Part shown: positions 46,927 to 55,621 of the stretch, one piece after another
Numbering within the stretch: position 1 is the first letter of the stretch
How the letters are laid out: each line of letters opens with the position of its first letter
Origin: a virus
Taxonomy: Duplodnaviria > Caudoviricetes
Virus record (IMG/VR): IMGVR_UViG_3300050156_000193
Coordinates: 1-64,000 of that record
DNA length: 64,000 bases
Strand: one strand, 5' to 3'
The notes under the pieces: model-generated
What the model saw: only the letters and a program-made list of their open reading frames with translations
The model's database searches: none
What the model was told of the DNA's origin: nothing
Translations under genes and position numbers: made by a program

Positions 46927-47265
46927 ATGCCGATCCTAGATTTAACTTTGACCAACCCTTCTGTAAAAGCCTTTATGGAGGGGCATTCCGACATCCCTCC
47001 CGTAGGGGAGCTTCTGTGGATCCATTCCCACTTTATGGAAGACAACTTCCTATCCGAAATCGAAGTCATGGTAGCCATGGCGGAGCAGGTCATCCTGGAA
47101 AACCCTAAAAAGAAGGGGATAGCCGCAAAGCTGGTATCTTTGGCGGAGAAGTTTGCAACTCAAATCGGCACGATAAATGAGCAGACTGCACCAGAGATAC
47201 TCATGACTTTAAGAGAGATTTTTCGAGTATGCACAAGGATTCTTCATGTTGTTAATAAAAGTTAA
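46927..47265 (+). CDS. Hypothetical protein
   Basis: 112 aa ORF in operon. Confidence 0.55.
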   Translation: MPILDLTLTNPSVKAFMEGHSDIPPVGELLWIHSHFMEDNFLSEIEVMVAMAEQVILENPKKKGIAAKLVSLAEKFATQIGTINEQTAPEILMTLREIFRVCTRILHVVNKS

Positions 47266-47767
47266 GCAGACTGGTGATACGGTTCGTCTGAATTGCTGGG
47301 TATGGCTGGCCGGTGCCTTAGGGTTTTCAAAAAGCCTTAACCTAGCTTATCACAGCGAAAAGTACAACTTCTCCTTCTCCTCCTTTTCTCAGTATTGGGA
47401 GGAGATTGGGAAGAGGGAGGCTTTGGCAGAAGTCATTGCTTCCAACTTGGAAATCAAAGGGATCTCTACTTCAGAGATGATCTCTTTGGCTGCAAGGTAC
47501 TCTTTTGGCCGTCGCCCAGGAGTAGTCCTGTTTAACATTGACCTCTCCTCGGTAGGTAGAATCAAGGATAGGCTCCCAGGTGCAAACATCACGCCTTTCC
47601 TGCAAAGCTTCGTGATGATCCCTGCTAAGAATCGAGAGCATGCTCTGAAAATACTAGGTAGAATCCCGGAAACTCTAGCAGAAGGTATTGCTATTGATGA
47701 TGGGTTTATCATTGATACGAACCGGTCAGAGTCTTTCAAAGCTTCGGGACAAGAGGGTTTGCTGTGA
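47246..47767 (+). CDS. Hypothetical protein
   Basis: 173 aa ORF in operon. Confidence 0.6.
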   Translation: MLLIKVKQTGDTVRLNCWVWLAGALGFSKSLNLAYHSEKYNFSFSSFSQYWEEIGKREALAEVIASNLEIKGISTSEMISLAARYSFGRRPGVVLFNIDLSSVGRIKDRLPGANITPFLQSFVMIPAKNREHALKILGRIPETLAEGIAIDDGFIIDTNRSESFKASGQEGLL

Positions 47768-48072
47768 AAGGGTACGTGTACTCAGATCTAGACGATAACC
47801 TCTTCGTCCTCCTTGCAAGCTACATTGATGAGGTTGACCCTGGGTACTGGAGTCGCAACCATGCTTCCATCAATTCGGTTTGGAAGTTTGATACCGAAGA
47901 TGATGAGGTAATGACTCGGCTTCTGGCAAGTATCAGTCGACATGAGTTTCCTCAACATAAAGTCCTACTGTTGTGCTCTGCTATGAACTTCGACTTAGCA
48001 GCTTTCATTGATAGGGTCCGAGCTAGATCCCAGCCAAACAACCCTATCCCCGTTGAACCCGATGGTGAATAG
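47764..48072 (+). CDS. Hypothetical protein
   Basis: 102 aa ORF, GTGA overlap with the previous gene. Confidence 0.6.
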   Translation: MKGYVYSDLDDNLFVLLASYIDEVDPGYWSRNHASINSVWKFDTEDDEVMTRLLASISRHEFPQHKVLLLCSAMNFDLAAFIDRVRARSQPNNPIPVEPDGE

Positions 48073-48080
48073 CTGAACCA

Positions 48081-49850
48081 ATGCGTATTGCTTTTACTCA
48101 AGATAGAGCTAATTTGGTACTGATCGAGGAGGGTATTGATGACTACAAGTCAATCTCCGGCTTCCCTGCATTTACCAAGATTGGGGTTAGTACAACAATC
48201 CCTGCAATTCTCCCCGTTGCCTACAACGTTGTAAACCGGGTTTTAGCATCGTTTAAGAAGGTAAGGGTGGATCCTGAGGTCCAAGCTTGGCTAAGTCAGG
48301 ACTTTAAGTTGAAGCCTCTACCGGAGAGTTTCAATTTCCATACAAGCCCAAAGGACTTTCAAGAGATCTCTTTGCGGTTCCTATACACCCTGGGAAGTGC
48401 AGGGCTGCTACTGGATCCTGGAATGGGGAAGTCCAAGGTAGTCCTAGACTACATCCATTTAATGGGGTTTCAAAAGGTTGCCATCGTATGTCCCAAGGCA
48501 CTGCTGTTCGTCTGGGAAGATGAGATTGCCAAGCATCGCCCTGAACTGAACTTTTACACCTTGAAGAGTACTGACTGGGATCAGGAAAAGGCGGGAGTAC
48601 TAGCTGCTCAGGTGGTAATCCTCAACTATAACAAAGCCGTTACTTTGAAGCATCGCCTCAAGGAGGTAGCTTTTGAGTTCCTCCATGTAGACGAGTTCCT
48701 AATCAAGGCACACTCTACCCAACGAACCTTGGCAATCACGGAGTGGTCAAAGAAGGTACCCTTTAGGTGTGGAGGTTCCGGCACTTTGATTAATAACACC
48801 CCCCTGGACGCCTTTGCCCCTATTCGGTATCTTCAGCCTGCATTGGTAGGTGGGAACTTCCATAACTTTGAGAATCGGTACACGGTCAAGAAAGAGTCTA
48901 AGGATAGAACTACGGGGAAGTCCCGGAAGATCATTGTGAACTTCAAAGGTCAGAACGAAGTTCGATCTATGCTTGAGAGTTGCTGTATCGTGATGACTAA
49001 AGAGCATTGGTTAAAGCTGCCGGAGAAGCACTTTCACGATATCTACGTTCAAATGGGAGAGGAACAGAAAGCTGCATATTACCAGCTTGCCCATAACTAC
49101 TATTTGAACATAGCAAGTAAGGACGTTGTTGTAGACAACCCGCTGGTGATGCTCTCTAAGCTGTATCAGATCTCGAACGGGTTTTTGTATCTGAGTGAAG
49201 AGTCAGAGGGCGATGCACTTTCTTGGTTACTTCCGGTATCAGAAGAGTCTGGGGTAAAACCTGCTAAGAAGAAGCCTGGGAAAAGAGAGATCCATTTCTT
49301 CCCAGACAACCCAAAGATCTCCTCATTACGTAAGTTGCTTACCGAGACGATTCCAAGTAGAAAGGCACTTATTTGGTTTAACCTTGAGGGGGAGTATCTC
49401 CTCATTAAGGATCTACTGGATGAGCTAGGCAGGCCATTTCTTACCATTAGAGGGGGAGAGAAGGACGTCGGAGGGAAGGTTCGGGAGTTTAATAAGAACC
49501 CTGAGATCCCTTGGCTACTATGCCAGTCAAAGTCTGTGAACTATGGGATTACTGTGATGGGGTCTAGGGTAGAGGACCTTGAAGCTGAGGGGTTAACCGT
49601 TTTACCTGATGTGGACACCTCAGTCTACACAGAGGTCTTCTTCAGTCTTAATTTCAGCTTGGAGGTATTCTTGCAACAACAAGATAGAATCCACAGATTG
49701 GGACAAGAGCATGACTGTGATTACTACCGCCTATTTACCAATAGTCCAGTTGAGATGAAGATCCGGCAAGCGATCTCTGATAAGATGTCGATCAAGGAAG
49801 AGATGCTGGTGGATGTGGCGGAAACTGTGCTGAAAAGCAAAATTCTATGA
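48081..49850 (+). CDS. SNF2-family helicase
   Basis: LDPGMGKS, VDEF, SGTLINN, KL.QISNGF, QQQDRIHRLGQ. Confidence 0.85.
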   Translation: MRIAFTQDRANLVLIEEGIDDYKSISGFPAFTKIGVSTTIPAILPVAYNVVNRVLASFKKVRVDPEVQAWLSQDFKLKPLPESFNFHTSPKDFQEISLRFLYTLGSAGLLLDPGMGKSKVVLDYIHLMGFQKVAIVCPKALLFVWEDEIAKHRPELNFYTLKSTDWDQEKAGVLAAQVVILNYNKAVTLKHRLKEVAFEFLHVDEFLIKAHSTQRTLAITEWSKKVPFRCGGSGTLINNTPLDAFAPIRYLQPALVGGNFHNFENRYTVKKESKDRTTGKSRKIIVNFKGQNEVRSMLESCCIVMTKEHWLKLPEKHFHDIYVQMGEEQKAAYYQLAHNYYLNIASKDVVVDNPLVMLSKLYQISNGFLYLSEESEGDALSWLLPVSEESGVKPAKKKPGKREIHFFPDNPKISSLRKLLTETIPSRKALIWFNLEGEYLLIKDLLDELGRPFLTIRGGEKDVGGKVREFNKNPEIPWLLCQSKSVNYGITVMGSRVEDLEAEGLTVLPDVDTSVYTEVFFSLNFSLEVFLQQQDRIHRLGQEHDCDYYRLFTNSPVEMKIRQAISDKMSIKEEMLVDVAETVLKSKIL

Positions 49851-49886
49851 TTCAATAATTGGATTGAAACTTGGTATAAGAATAGT
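49851..49886 (+). promoter_or_regulatory. Early-type promoter motif, copy 7
   Basis: TTCAAT-N18-TATAAGAATAGT. Confidence 0.75.
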
Positions 49887-49908
49887 AGAAACAACTAAAG
49901 GATATCCA

Positions 49909-50166
49909 ATGAATGCGACTCTTAGTCTCAATCATTACTTGGTGGAGATTGTTCTAGATCCTCTCGTTTGTCTTTTTCCAAATAGGGAAAAGCACGTCTG
50001 TTATGAAGAGGTCTTATCTGAGAATATGGGCGATGCCAAGAAGCGGGCATACGAGCAATTCAGACGTAGATGTGAATATGAACCCGCCATGCATCAGAAG
50101 ATGGCATCTAGAAAGTTGATCTACTATTTCTGCAAAGCAGGAGAAGCCGTTTGCTTGGACGACTAA
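49909..50166 (+). CDS. Hypothetical protein (start revised to ATG 49909)
   Basis: AAGGA RBS downstream of the promoter motif. Confidence 0.6.
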   Translation: MNATLSLNHYLVEIVLDPLVCLFPNREKHVCYEEVLSENMGDAKKRAYEQFRRRCEYEPAMHQKMASRKLIYYFCKAGEAVCLDD

Positions 50167-50167
50167 C

Positions 50168-50395
50168 ATGTCCACCACCGTTCTTTCATATCTATCATCT
50201 CTCCGCCCAGCCATTCCGTTCTCCGTTGAACCCCCCTGCACCTTAATGAGTGGTGGCGAATTAAAACGTCACCTCCAACAAGGCGGTGTTTTGATCAATG
50301 GTGAAAAGTGCCTGCCGCAAGAACCTCTCGATTTCCCAGTGTTTTCACTGGTATTTTTCCCTAAGTCTAAAACTCGACGTTGTACGTTGGTTTGA
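50168..50395 (+). CDS. Stand-alone S4-like RNA-binding protein
   Basis: SGGELKRHLQQGGVLINGEK resembles the S4 motif S.SEARRLI.QGGV.ING. Confidence 0.6.
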   Translation: MSTTVLSYLSSLRPAIPFSVEPPCTLMSGGELKRHLQQGGVLINGEKCLPQEPLDFPVFSLVFFPKSKTRRCTLV

Positions 50396-50429
50396 GACTC
50401 TTCTCCCCTCTCTCCTTAAAGGAACCCTC

Positions 50430-51173
50430 ATGCCCCCGCTTCAACTCCCAGTCACCCCTCAAGCCCGCCGAGCCCGAATCGAAGCTCTGGCGAAGTTCGG
50501 CATCGCTGCCGCAGTGATTATCGGGGTTGCCCCGTTCGTATTCCTGCTCGTCAAGGGGGTTGTCGGACTGGCGATCTCTGCAGCAGTAGGGTTTACCGCC
50601 ATCCAGTTTGCGCCGGTCTTTGCCATGAAAATCGCCAACTGGAAACTGAAAGCTATTAAAGTAGAAGCTTCTCAAAATCCAATCGAAACATTGGAGAATT
50701 TACTGATAGAACGTAAAGCTGCGCTGACTGCTGCGAAGCAAAACCTTGCTCAGATCATGGCTCAAATTGACAGCTTCATTGAGAAAGCTGAAGGGTTTGT
50801 CCGAAAGCAACCTCAGACTGCGGAGAAATGGCAAGAACGAATCCAGAAAGCCAGGACTATGCGCGCCAGCAAAGCTCGGGCTTTGGAACAGGCAGGTCAA
50901 GCAGTTCAGCAGTTCGAAAAAGAGGTCGACGTTGCCCGAGTGGAATGGGACCTTGTTCTGGCTGAGCAAGCTATGAACAAGTCCTTGAATATCATGAGCG
51001 GCGACCCTATGGACCTGCTAAAAGAACGTACCGCCATTGACTCTGTGCGGGGCCAAATGAACGCTGCATTTGCTAGCCTGGACGTCGAGCTTTTGCTCGA
51101 AGATCAGAGCCAAGATGGAATCTTTGTTCCCCTGTCTACTCAAAAACCTGAACTCTTGGAGCGCGTGTCGTGA
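50430..51173 (+). CDS. Two-TM coiled-coil protein, PspA/IM30-like (start revised)
   Basis: AAGGA RBS; two hydrophobic helices followed by NPIETLE..L.E....L..AK..LA coiled coil. Confidence 0.5.
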   Translation: MPPLQLPVTPQARRARIEALAKFGIAAAVIIGVAPFVFLLVKGVVGLAISAAVGFTAIQFAPVFAMKIANWKLKAIKVEASQNPIETLENLLIERKAALTAAKQNLAQIMAQIDSFIEKAEGFVRKQPQTAEKWQERIQKARTMRASKARALEQAGQAVQQFEKEVDVARVEWDLVLAEQAMNKSLNIMSGDPMDLLKERTAIDSVRGQMNAAFASLDVELLLEDQSQDGIFVPLSTQKPELLERVS

Positions 51174-51349
51174 AGTTTCGAATCCTTGCAACCTTTCTCC
51201 TGGCTGTTGTGCTGGCCGGGCTTTACCTGGCCTCTGATTCCGGTCAAAGCCAGGGTCAAGATTTAAGCTCTTCTGCTCAGCCGATGGACTCTGTCAGCCC
51301 GAGCCAAAGTGCAAATGACGCTGCACTCCGGTCGTTGAAGATTGATTGA
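51170..51349 (+). CDS. Small exported/membrane protein; absent from ORF track
   Basis: GTG start overlapping the previous stop: MKFRILATFLLAVVLAGLYLASDSGQ...LRSLKID. Confidence 0.6.
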   Translation: MKFRILATFLLAVVLAGLYLASDSGQSQGQDLSSSAQPMDSVSPSQSANDAALRSLKID

Positions 51350-51414
51350 ATTCAGTTCTTCCATCCGTTTCACCTTCCACCCCCTACTCTCTACTCTCTA
51401 CTGGAGATTTTCAA

Positions 51415-52341
51415 ATGAAACGTTGTTTTGCATTCCTATTTGCCCTGGCGTTCTCGCTGAGCGCCTTTTCTCAACAATTGGTAGTGTCTACGGGTGCTCC
51501 CAGTGGAACCTACTCAAAGATGTTCAAAGAGCTTTCGGCAGAGTGTACTCCAGTGATGAGCGTGCCTTTGATCGAAAAGAACTCCGGAGGGTCGGTGGAT
51601 AACATCGACAAAATCCTGGCCAACGAAGTCAATGCCGGTATTGTCCAAACAGACGTCTTGTTCTTCCGGGCGAAGACTGATGATTTAAGCCGGGTTAAGA
51701 CTTTGGTAACTTTGTTTCCGGAAGAAGTTCATATTCTTGCCCTGTCTGCCAACCGTAAGGAGGGGGGCGTGATGGGTATGGGTGCCAAAGAAATCTCGGT
51801 GAATACTCTGTCTGATTTGAATGGTCGCAAGGTCGGGTCTTGGGGCGGCAGCTTTGTTACTGCCCAGGTGGTCCGGCTGCAATCCGAAGTTGCGTTCTCC
51901 ACAGTTGAATTCCCAGACCAAAAGTCTGCTTTAGCAGCCTTGACCGCTGGCCAAGTAGATGCTATTCTTGCAGTAGGAGGTGCCCCTTTGGACTGGGTAA
52001 AGTCTCTGTCTCGTGCATACAAGCTGGTAGATATCCGGGAAGCCTTCGTAGGTAAGCTGAAAGGCATCTACAAGCCTGCCAAAGTCAGCTACCCTAACCT
52101 GGGCCAGTCTGGCGTGTCGACGGTCTCTACGGACTCTATTCTTGTCACCCGCGAGTATAAGACTCCTCGGTTTGTGGAATCTCTGAGTGCACTGCGTTCT
52201 TGCTTCCGGACGAATATCGAGGACCTCCAAGAGAAGCCCGGCAACCATGCCAAGTGGATGCTGGTGGATCCTAATACAGTGCCGAAGTGGCCTGCATACG
52301 TCTTGCCGGAAACTTCGGTAGGTACGAGTAAGAAGAAGTAA
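51415..52341 (+). CDS. TAXI-family TRAP solute-binding protein-like (start revised)
   Basis: Signal peptide; STGAPSGTY, GSVDNI, GIVQTD, LFPEEVHI, L.DLNGRKVG. Confidence 0.8.
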   Translation: MKRCFAFLFALAFSLSAFSQQLVVSTGAPSGTYSKMFKELSAECTPVMSVPLIEKNSGGSVDNIDKILANEVNAGIVQTDVLFFRAKTDDLSRVKTLVTLFPEEVHILALSANRKEGGVMGMGAKEISVNTLSDLNGRKVGSWGGSFVTAQVVRLQSEVAFSTVEFPDQKSALAALTAGQVDAILAVGGAPLDWVKSLSRAYKLVDIREAFVGKLKGIYKPAKVSYPNLGQSGVSTVSTDSILVTREYKTPRFVESLSALRSCFRTNIEDLQEKPGNHAKWMLVDPNTVPKWPAYVLPETSVGTSKKK

Positions 52342-52353
52342 AGAGCTAAATCT

Positions 52354-52381
52354 GGGAGGGGCTTCGGCCTCTCTCTTCTTT
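52354..52381 (+). terminator. Intrinsic terminator after the TAXI gene
   Basis: GGGAGGGGC-TTCG-GCCTCTCTC followed by a T-rich tract. Confidence 0.65.
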
Positions 52382-52392
52382 GAAAGATCCCC

Positions 52393-52655
52393 GTCAATAA
52401 CCCTGGGTTAAAACCCAGGGCTTGTGAAGAACTAAGCTAACCACTTAGTTTCAACAAGACTAAACAATTGACTAGACTACGGGACTGGTTGACTCCAGAG
52501 CCCAAACTAGCTAACTAGGCATGGTAGCCTAAAGCATGTAGAGAATGTCACGCTAGTTCTCTTCCACTGTGTTAGTGAGTGTCGAAGCGTAATAATCACA
52601 AGTGCTAAGATTGAGATTTATTTCAGTTGACCCCTTGACTTACCGTTAGGAATTC
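52393..52655 (+). ncRNA. omegaRNA scaffold of IsrB
   Basis: About 260 nt non-coding stretch from the left-end hairpin to the ATG, with TTGACTAGAC and GTCGAAG motifs typical of IscB/IsrB omegaRNAs. Confidence 0.7.
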
Positions 52656-53705
52656 ATGACTGTTTATGTTTTTGTAGTAAATGCTGAAGGGGTACCTCTG
52701 ATGCCCACCAGCCCATCTAGGGCAAGGCGTTGGATAAAGTCCGGAAAAGCTACTGCCTTTTTTCGGAAGGGGGTCTTTTGTGTTCGTCTTAATGTTGAAC
52801 CTAGTGACTCTAAGACTCAAGAGATTGTAGTAGGGATCGACCCTGGTTCTAAAAAAGAGGCCTTTACCATCAAGTCTGAGGCCCATACTTTTCTTAGTAT
52901 CCAGACTGATGCTGTGACTTGGGTTAAAGATAAAATAGAGACCCGACGAAACATGCGAAGAACTCGTAGGACTAGAAAAACCCCCTATCGAAAATGCCGC
53001 TGGAATAGAACTAAAAAGTACACACTAGACAACCCACGCCTTTCCCCTAGTACAAGAGCCCGTTGGGGTTTAAAGATTAGGATTTCAACGTGGATTAAGT
53101 CCTTCTGTCCAGTGTCGTGTTTTGTAGTAGAAGACATTAAGGCTAGAACAAGGCCGGGTACACACCGGGGGGCTAGACATTGGAATTGTAACTTCAGCCC
53201 CTTAGAAGTCGGAAAGCATTGGTTCTACAGAAGCTTACGAAAGCTTGCTAGAGTTGAAACTCAAGAGGGACATGAGACCTACGAGATGAGAAGATCTGCT
53301 GGCTTGAGTAAATCTAGCCAAAAGCTTTCCAATAACTTCAACGCTCACTGTGTAGACTCTTGGGTTTTGGCAAACTGGTGGGTAGGTGGGGGAATCAAGC
53401 CTGAGAACTTTTGGCGGATCATTTTGAAGCCTGCTCAGTTTTTCAGGCGGCAGCTTCATACGCTTCAACCCGCCAAAGGGGGCTTGCGTAGGAATTATGG
53501 TTCCACTAGAAGCCTCGGGTTTAAACGGATGAGTTTAGTTACTCATCCTAAATTTGGACTGGTTACGATTGGTGGCACTTCTAACGGAAGGGTTTCTCTT
53601 CATGATATTTCTAGAAACAAAAGGCTTGCTCAAAATGCGAAAATAGAAGACATTAGTTTTCTGTCGTTCTTACCTTGGTCCTATTTCTACTTAGATGCTG
53701 AATAG
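52656..53705 (+). CDS. isrB: IsrB RNA-guided nickase (PLMP + split RuvC, no HNH)
   Basis: PLMP; RuvC-I GIDPGSK; Arg-rich bridge helix RRNMRRTRR; RuvC-II VVED; RuvC-III HCVD; 349 aa; no HNH insert. Confidence 0.85.
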   Translation: MTVYVFVVNAEGVPLMPTSPSRARRWIKSGKATAFFRKGVFCVRLNVEPSDSKTQEIVVGIDPGSKKEAFTIKSEAHTFLSIQTDAVTWVKDKIETRRNMRRTRRTRKTPYRKCRWNRTKKYTLDNPRLSPSTRARWGLKIRISTWIKSFCPVSCFVVEDIKARTRPGTHRGARHWNCNFSPLEVGKHWFYRSLRKLARVETQEGHETYEMRRSAGLSKSSQKLSNNFNAHCVDSWVLANWWVGGGIKPENFWRIILKPAQFFRRQLHTLQPAKGGLRRNYGSTRSLGFKRMSLVTHPKFGLVTIGGTSNGRVSLHDISRNKRLAQNAKIEDISFLSFLPWSYFYLDAE

Positions 53706-53768
53706 AAATAGGTTTAATCTGCTCCCTGGACTAAAGTCCAGGGTTTCACGCGCTTTGCGCTTATTTTG

Positions 53769-53939
53769 ATGAACAACAAGCTCCTAATCATAATCGCCTT
53801 TGTTGCTGGCATCGTAGGGGGCTTTACTAGTATCGCGCTGAACACGTACCTGGTAGAGCCCAATCCCTTCCTAATGCCGAAAACCTCAAAGCTTCCATTA
53901 ATGAGTCCGACTCCTGCATCAGGGAAGTCGACTCATTGA
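53769..53939 (+). CDS. Small membrane protein starting at the element junction
   Basis: MNNKLLIIIAFVAGIVGGFTSIAL...; manual translation. Confidence 0.5.
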   Translation: MNNKLLIIIAFVAGIVGGFTSIALNTYLVEPNPFLMPKTSKLPLMSPTPASGKSTH

Positions 53940-53966
53940 AAGCCCATCTGGGCTTTTTAATTTAAC

Positions 53967-54380
53967 TTGGAAAATCAAATGGATACTGGAAAAACTGGTA
54001 GATATTGGTACTGTGTAACCTCTTACGGGGCTGCGACGCTTTGTGTGGATGAGGATAACGCCCATCAAGTTGCCAGGGACTGCGACATACGTTGGCCTCA
54101 AAACGGTCCGCACCAAGTGGTGCAGCTGGTTGATGTCAAAGATCTTGACGCTTTAGAAGCCAGGGCAACTGACGCAGAGGCTGAGCGCGATAACTTGCGT
54201 GCAAAAATGGATGAGCTGTACGCACAGAAGCCTGTCGGATTTGTGGTAAGCCTTGATTGGAAAGGTAGGGAATCAGAAACAATCCTGAAAATCACGCGGG
54301 AACGGCAGGCAGGGTACGGGTTTATCCAGCCGCTATACACACCCCTCCCGACGGCGGGCACTGCTACATGTTTGAAGTAG
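53967..54380 (+). CDS. Hypothetical protein
   Basis: 137 aa ORF with a short coiled coil. Confidence 0.6.
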   Translation: MENQMDTGKTGRYWYCVTSYGAATLCVDEDNAHQVARDCDIRWPQNGPHQVVQLVDVKDLDALEARATDAEAERDNLRAKMDELYAQKPVGFVVSLDWKGRESETILKITRERQAGYGFIQPLYTPLPTAGTATCLK

Positions 54381-54534
54381 CCCCGACAGGGGTACACACA
54401 GGATGGGTGGCGAAGACGCCTACGACCAGAGGCCAACGCATGCGTGACGCGGGCTACACACGTAGACTAAGCGCCAAGAGCCTGCCGAGCGATGAGTGAA
54501 TTAACCTGCCCGCTACGCACGGGCCACAGGGGTA

Positions 54535-54696
54535 ATGATGAACAACTTTGGTGACGAATACCCAAACTCCGGCAGCTCCAAACTGAATACGCCGGTCGAC
54601 TGGTCGGTTGTATTGGCAGCATTGGCGCTTGTCAGCCTTATATTGCTGGCGGTGTGGGGCGGGTTTACCTTGGTCCTATTTCTATCTAGATGCTAA
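54535..54696 (+). CDS. Small membrane peptide running into the second right-end copy
   Basis: MMNNFGDEYP...VVLAALALVSLILLAVWGGFTLVLFLSRC; manual translation. Confidence 0.4.
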   Translation: MMNNFGDEYPNSGSSKLNTPVDWSVVLAALALVSLILLAVWGGFTLVLFLSRC

Positions 54697-54763
54697 GTAG
54701 AAATAGGTTTAATCTGCTCCCTGGACTAAAGTCCTGGGTTTCACGCGCTTTGCGCTTATTTTG

Positions 54764-55009
54764 ATGAAGCCGTTCAAATGCCCCACGTGTAGTAGCCATT
54801 ACTTTGGCCCGCTCTACGACGGGAAAGAGCACGTTGGGCGCTATTGTAAAGGGTGGCCCAGAGGGCACGACCGCAGTTATATTGAATGCCCTGGAAAGTA
54901 CGAAGAACTCTTTGAGTTCACAAACCTTGTAATCACTAAGAGATTTAACAATGACCCTCAACACCATCACCTTGCAACAAATCCAAACCGCATACGCCGA
55001 ACTGGGTGA
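54764..55009 (+). CDS. Small Cys-containing protein starting at the second right-end junction
   Basis: MKPFKCPTC...YC...ECP. Confidence 0.5.
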   Translation: MKPFKCPTCSSHYFGPLYDGKEHVGRYCKGWPRGHDRSYIECPGKYEELFEFTNLVITKRFNNDPQHHHLATNPNRIRRTG

Positions 55010-55406
55010 AATGATCGAGAAGTTCAAGGCCCAGGCCAGTACGCTGTTGAGCCTGCCGGCGGCAACCATTGAGCTGCGGCCAGGCGAGCGCTATGCCGGC
55101 CTGATCTTGGGTACTGACGGCAAGCCCAGCCATCACCTGATCCTGCTGCCCGGCGAGGCTGAAGACGTGAACTGGAAGAGCGCCCTGGCCTGGGCAGAGA
55201 AGGCCGGCGGCGAGCTGCCATCGCGCAATGAACAAGCCCTTCTCTTCGCCAACCTGAAGAGCGAGTTCAAGGGCGACTGGTACTGGTCTGGTGAGCAGTA
55301 CTCCGAGTCCTCTACCTTCGGTCAGAACTTCTACGACGGCAGCCAGTACTACGGCTACAAGAGCGCTGAGGCCCGCGAGCGGGCTATACGACGTGTTTTC
55401 CTGTGA
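54951..55406 (+). CDS. DUF1566 (Lcl, C-type-lectin-fold) protein
   Basis: NW..A.AWA...GG.LPSR.E..LL, YWS, F..G.Q, RA.RR. Confidence 0.8.
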   Translation: MTLNTITLQQIQTAYAELGEMIEKFKAQASTLLSLPAATIELRPGERYAGLILGTDGKPSHHLILLPGEAEDVNWKSALAWAEKAGGELPSRNEQALLFANLKSEFKGDWYWSGEQYSESSTFGQNFYDGSQYYGYKSAEARERAIRRVFL

Positions 55407-55415
55407 GGATGTCGA

Positions 55416-55619
55416 ATGCCAAATATTGACCAAATAAAGCTGACCGTTCTCACCATGGCAGTGCTATTATCTGGATGCCCGCAGACGGATATTGATGTTG
55501 TCGAAAAGTTCTGCGGCGAGCCGATCAGTAAAGTTCAAAGGTTCGATAGTAGTATGCCTCTTAGCGTCTATGCGACATGCTCAGACGGTAAAAAAGTGAG
55601 TTTTAGAAAATCGTTTTAA
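55416..55619 (+). CDS. Small lipoprotein
   Basis: Lipobox LLSGC. Confidence 0.6.
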   Translation: MPNIDQIKLTVLTMAVLLSGCPQTDIDVVEKFCGEPISKVQRFDSSMPLSVYATCSDGKKVSFRKSF

Positions 55620-55621
55620 GA

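Larger units (their letters stand above)
52393..53768 (+). mobile_element. Non-autonomous IS200/IS605-family element carrying isrB and omegaRNA
   Basis: Left end GTCAATAACCCTGGGTTAAAACCCAGGGCTTG; right-end hairpin CCCTGGACTAAAGTCCAGGG; no tnpA. Confidence 0.8.
53670..54768 (+). repeat. 104-bp near-identical direct repeat (53670-53773 and 54665-54768), a duplicated element right end
   Basis: TTACCTTGGTCCTATTTCTA...GCGCTTATTTTGATGAA occurs twice, 995 bp apart. Confidence 0.95.

Noticed and set aside
52656-53705. IscB or Cas9 call
   Set aside because: No HNH domain between RuvC-II and RuvC-III and only 349 aa, so IsrB
53670-54768. 104-bp direct repeats as a CRISPR array or att sites
   Set aside because: Only two copies, too long for CRISPR, and derived from the isrB 3-prime end and right-end hairpin; no integrase in the window
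54951-55406. Complete diversity-generating retroelement
   Set aside because: No template repeat, RT or Avd visible in this window; kept only as a low-interest lead
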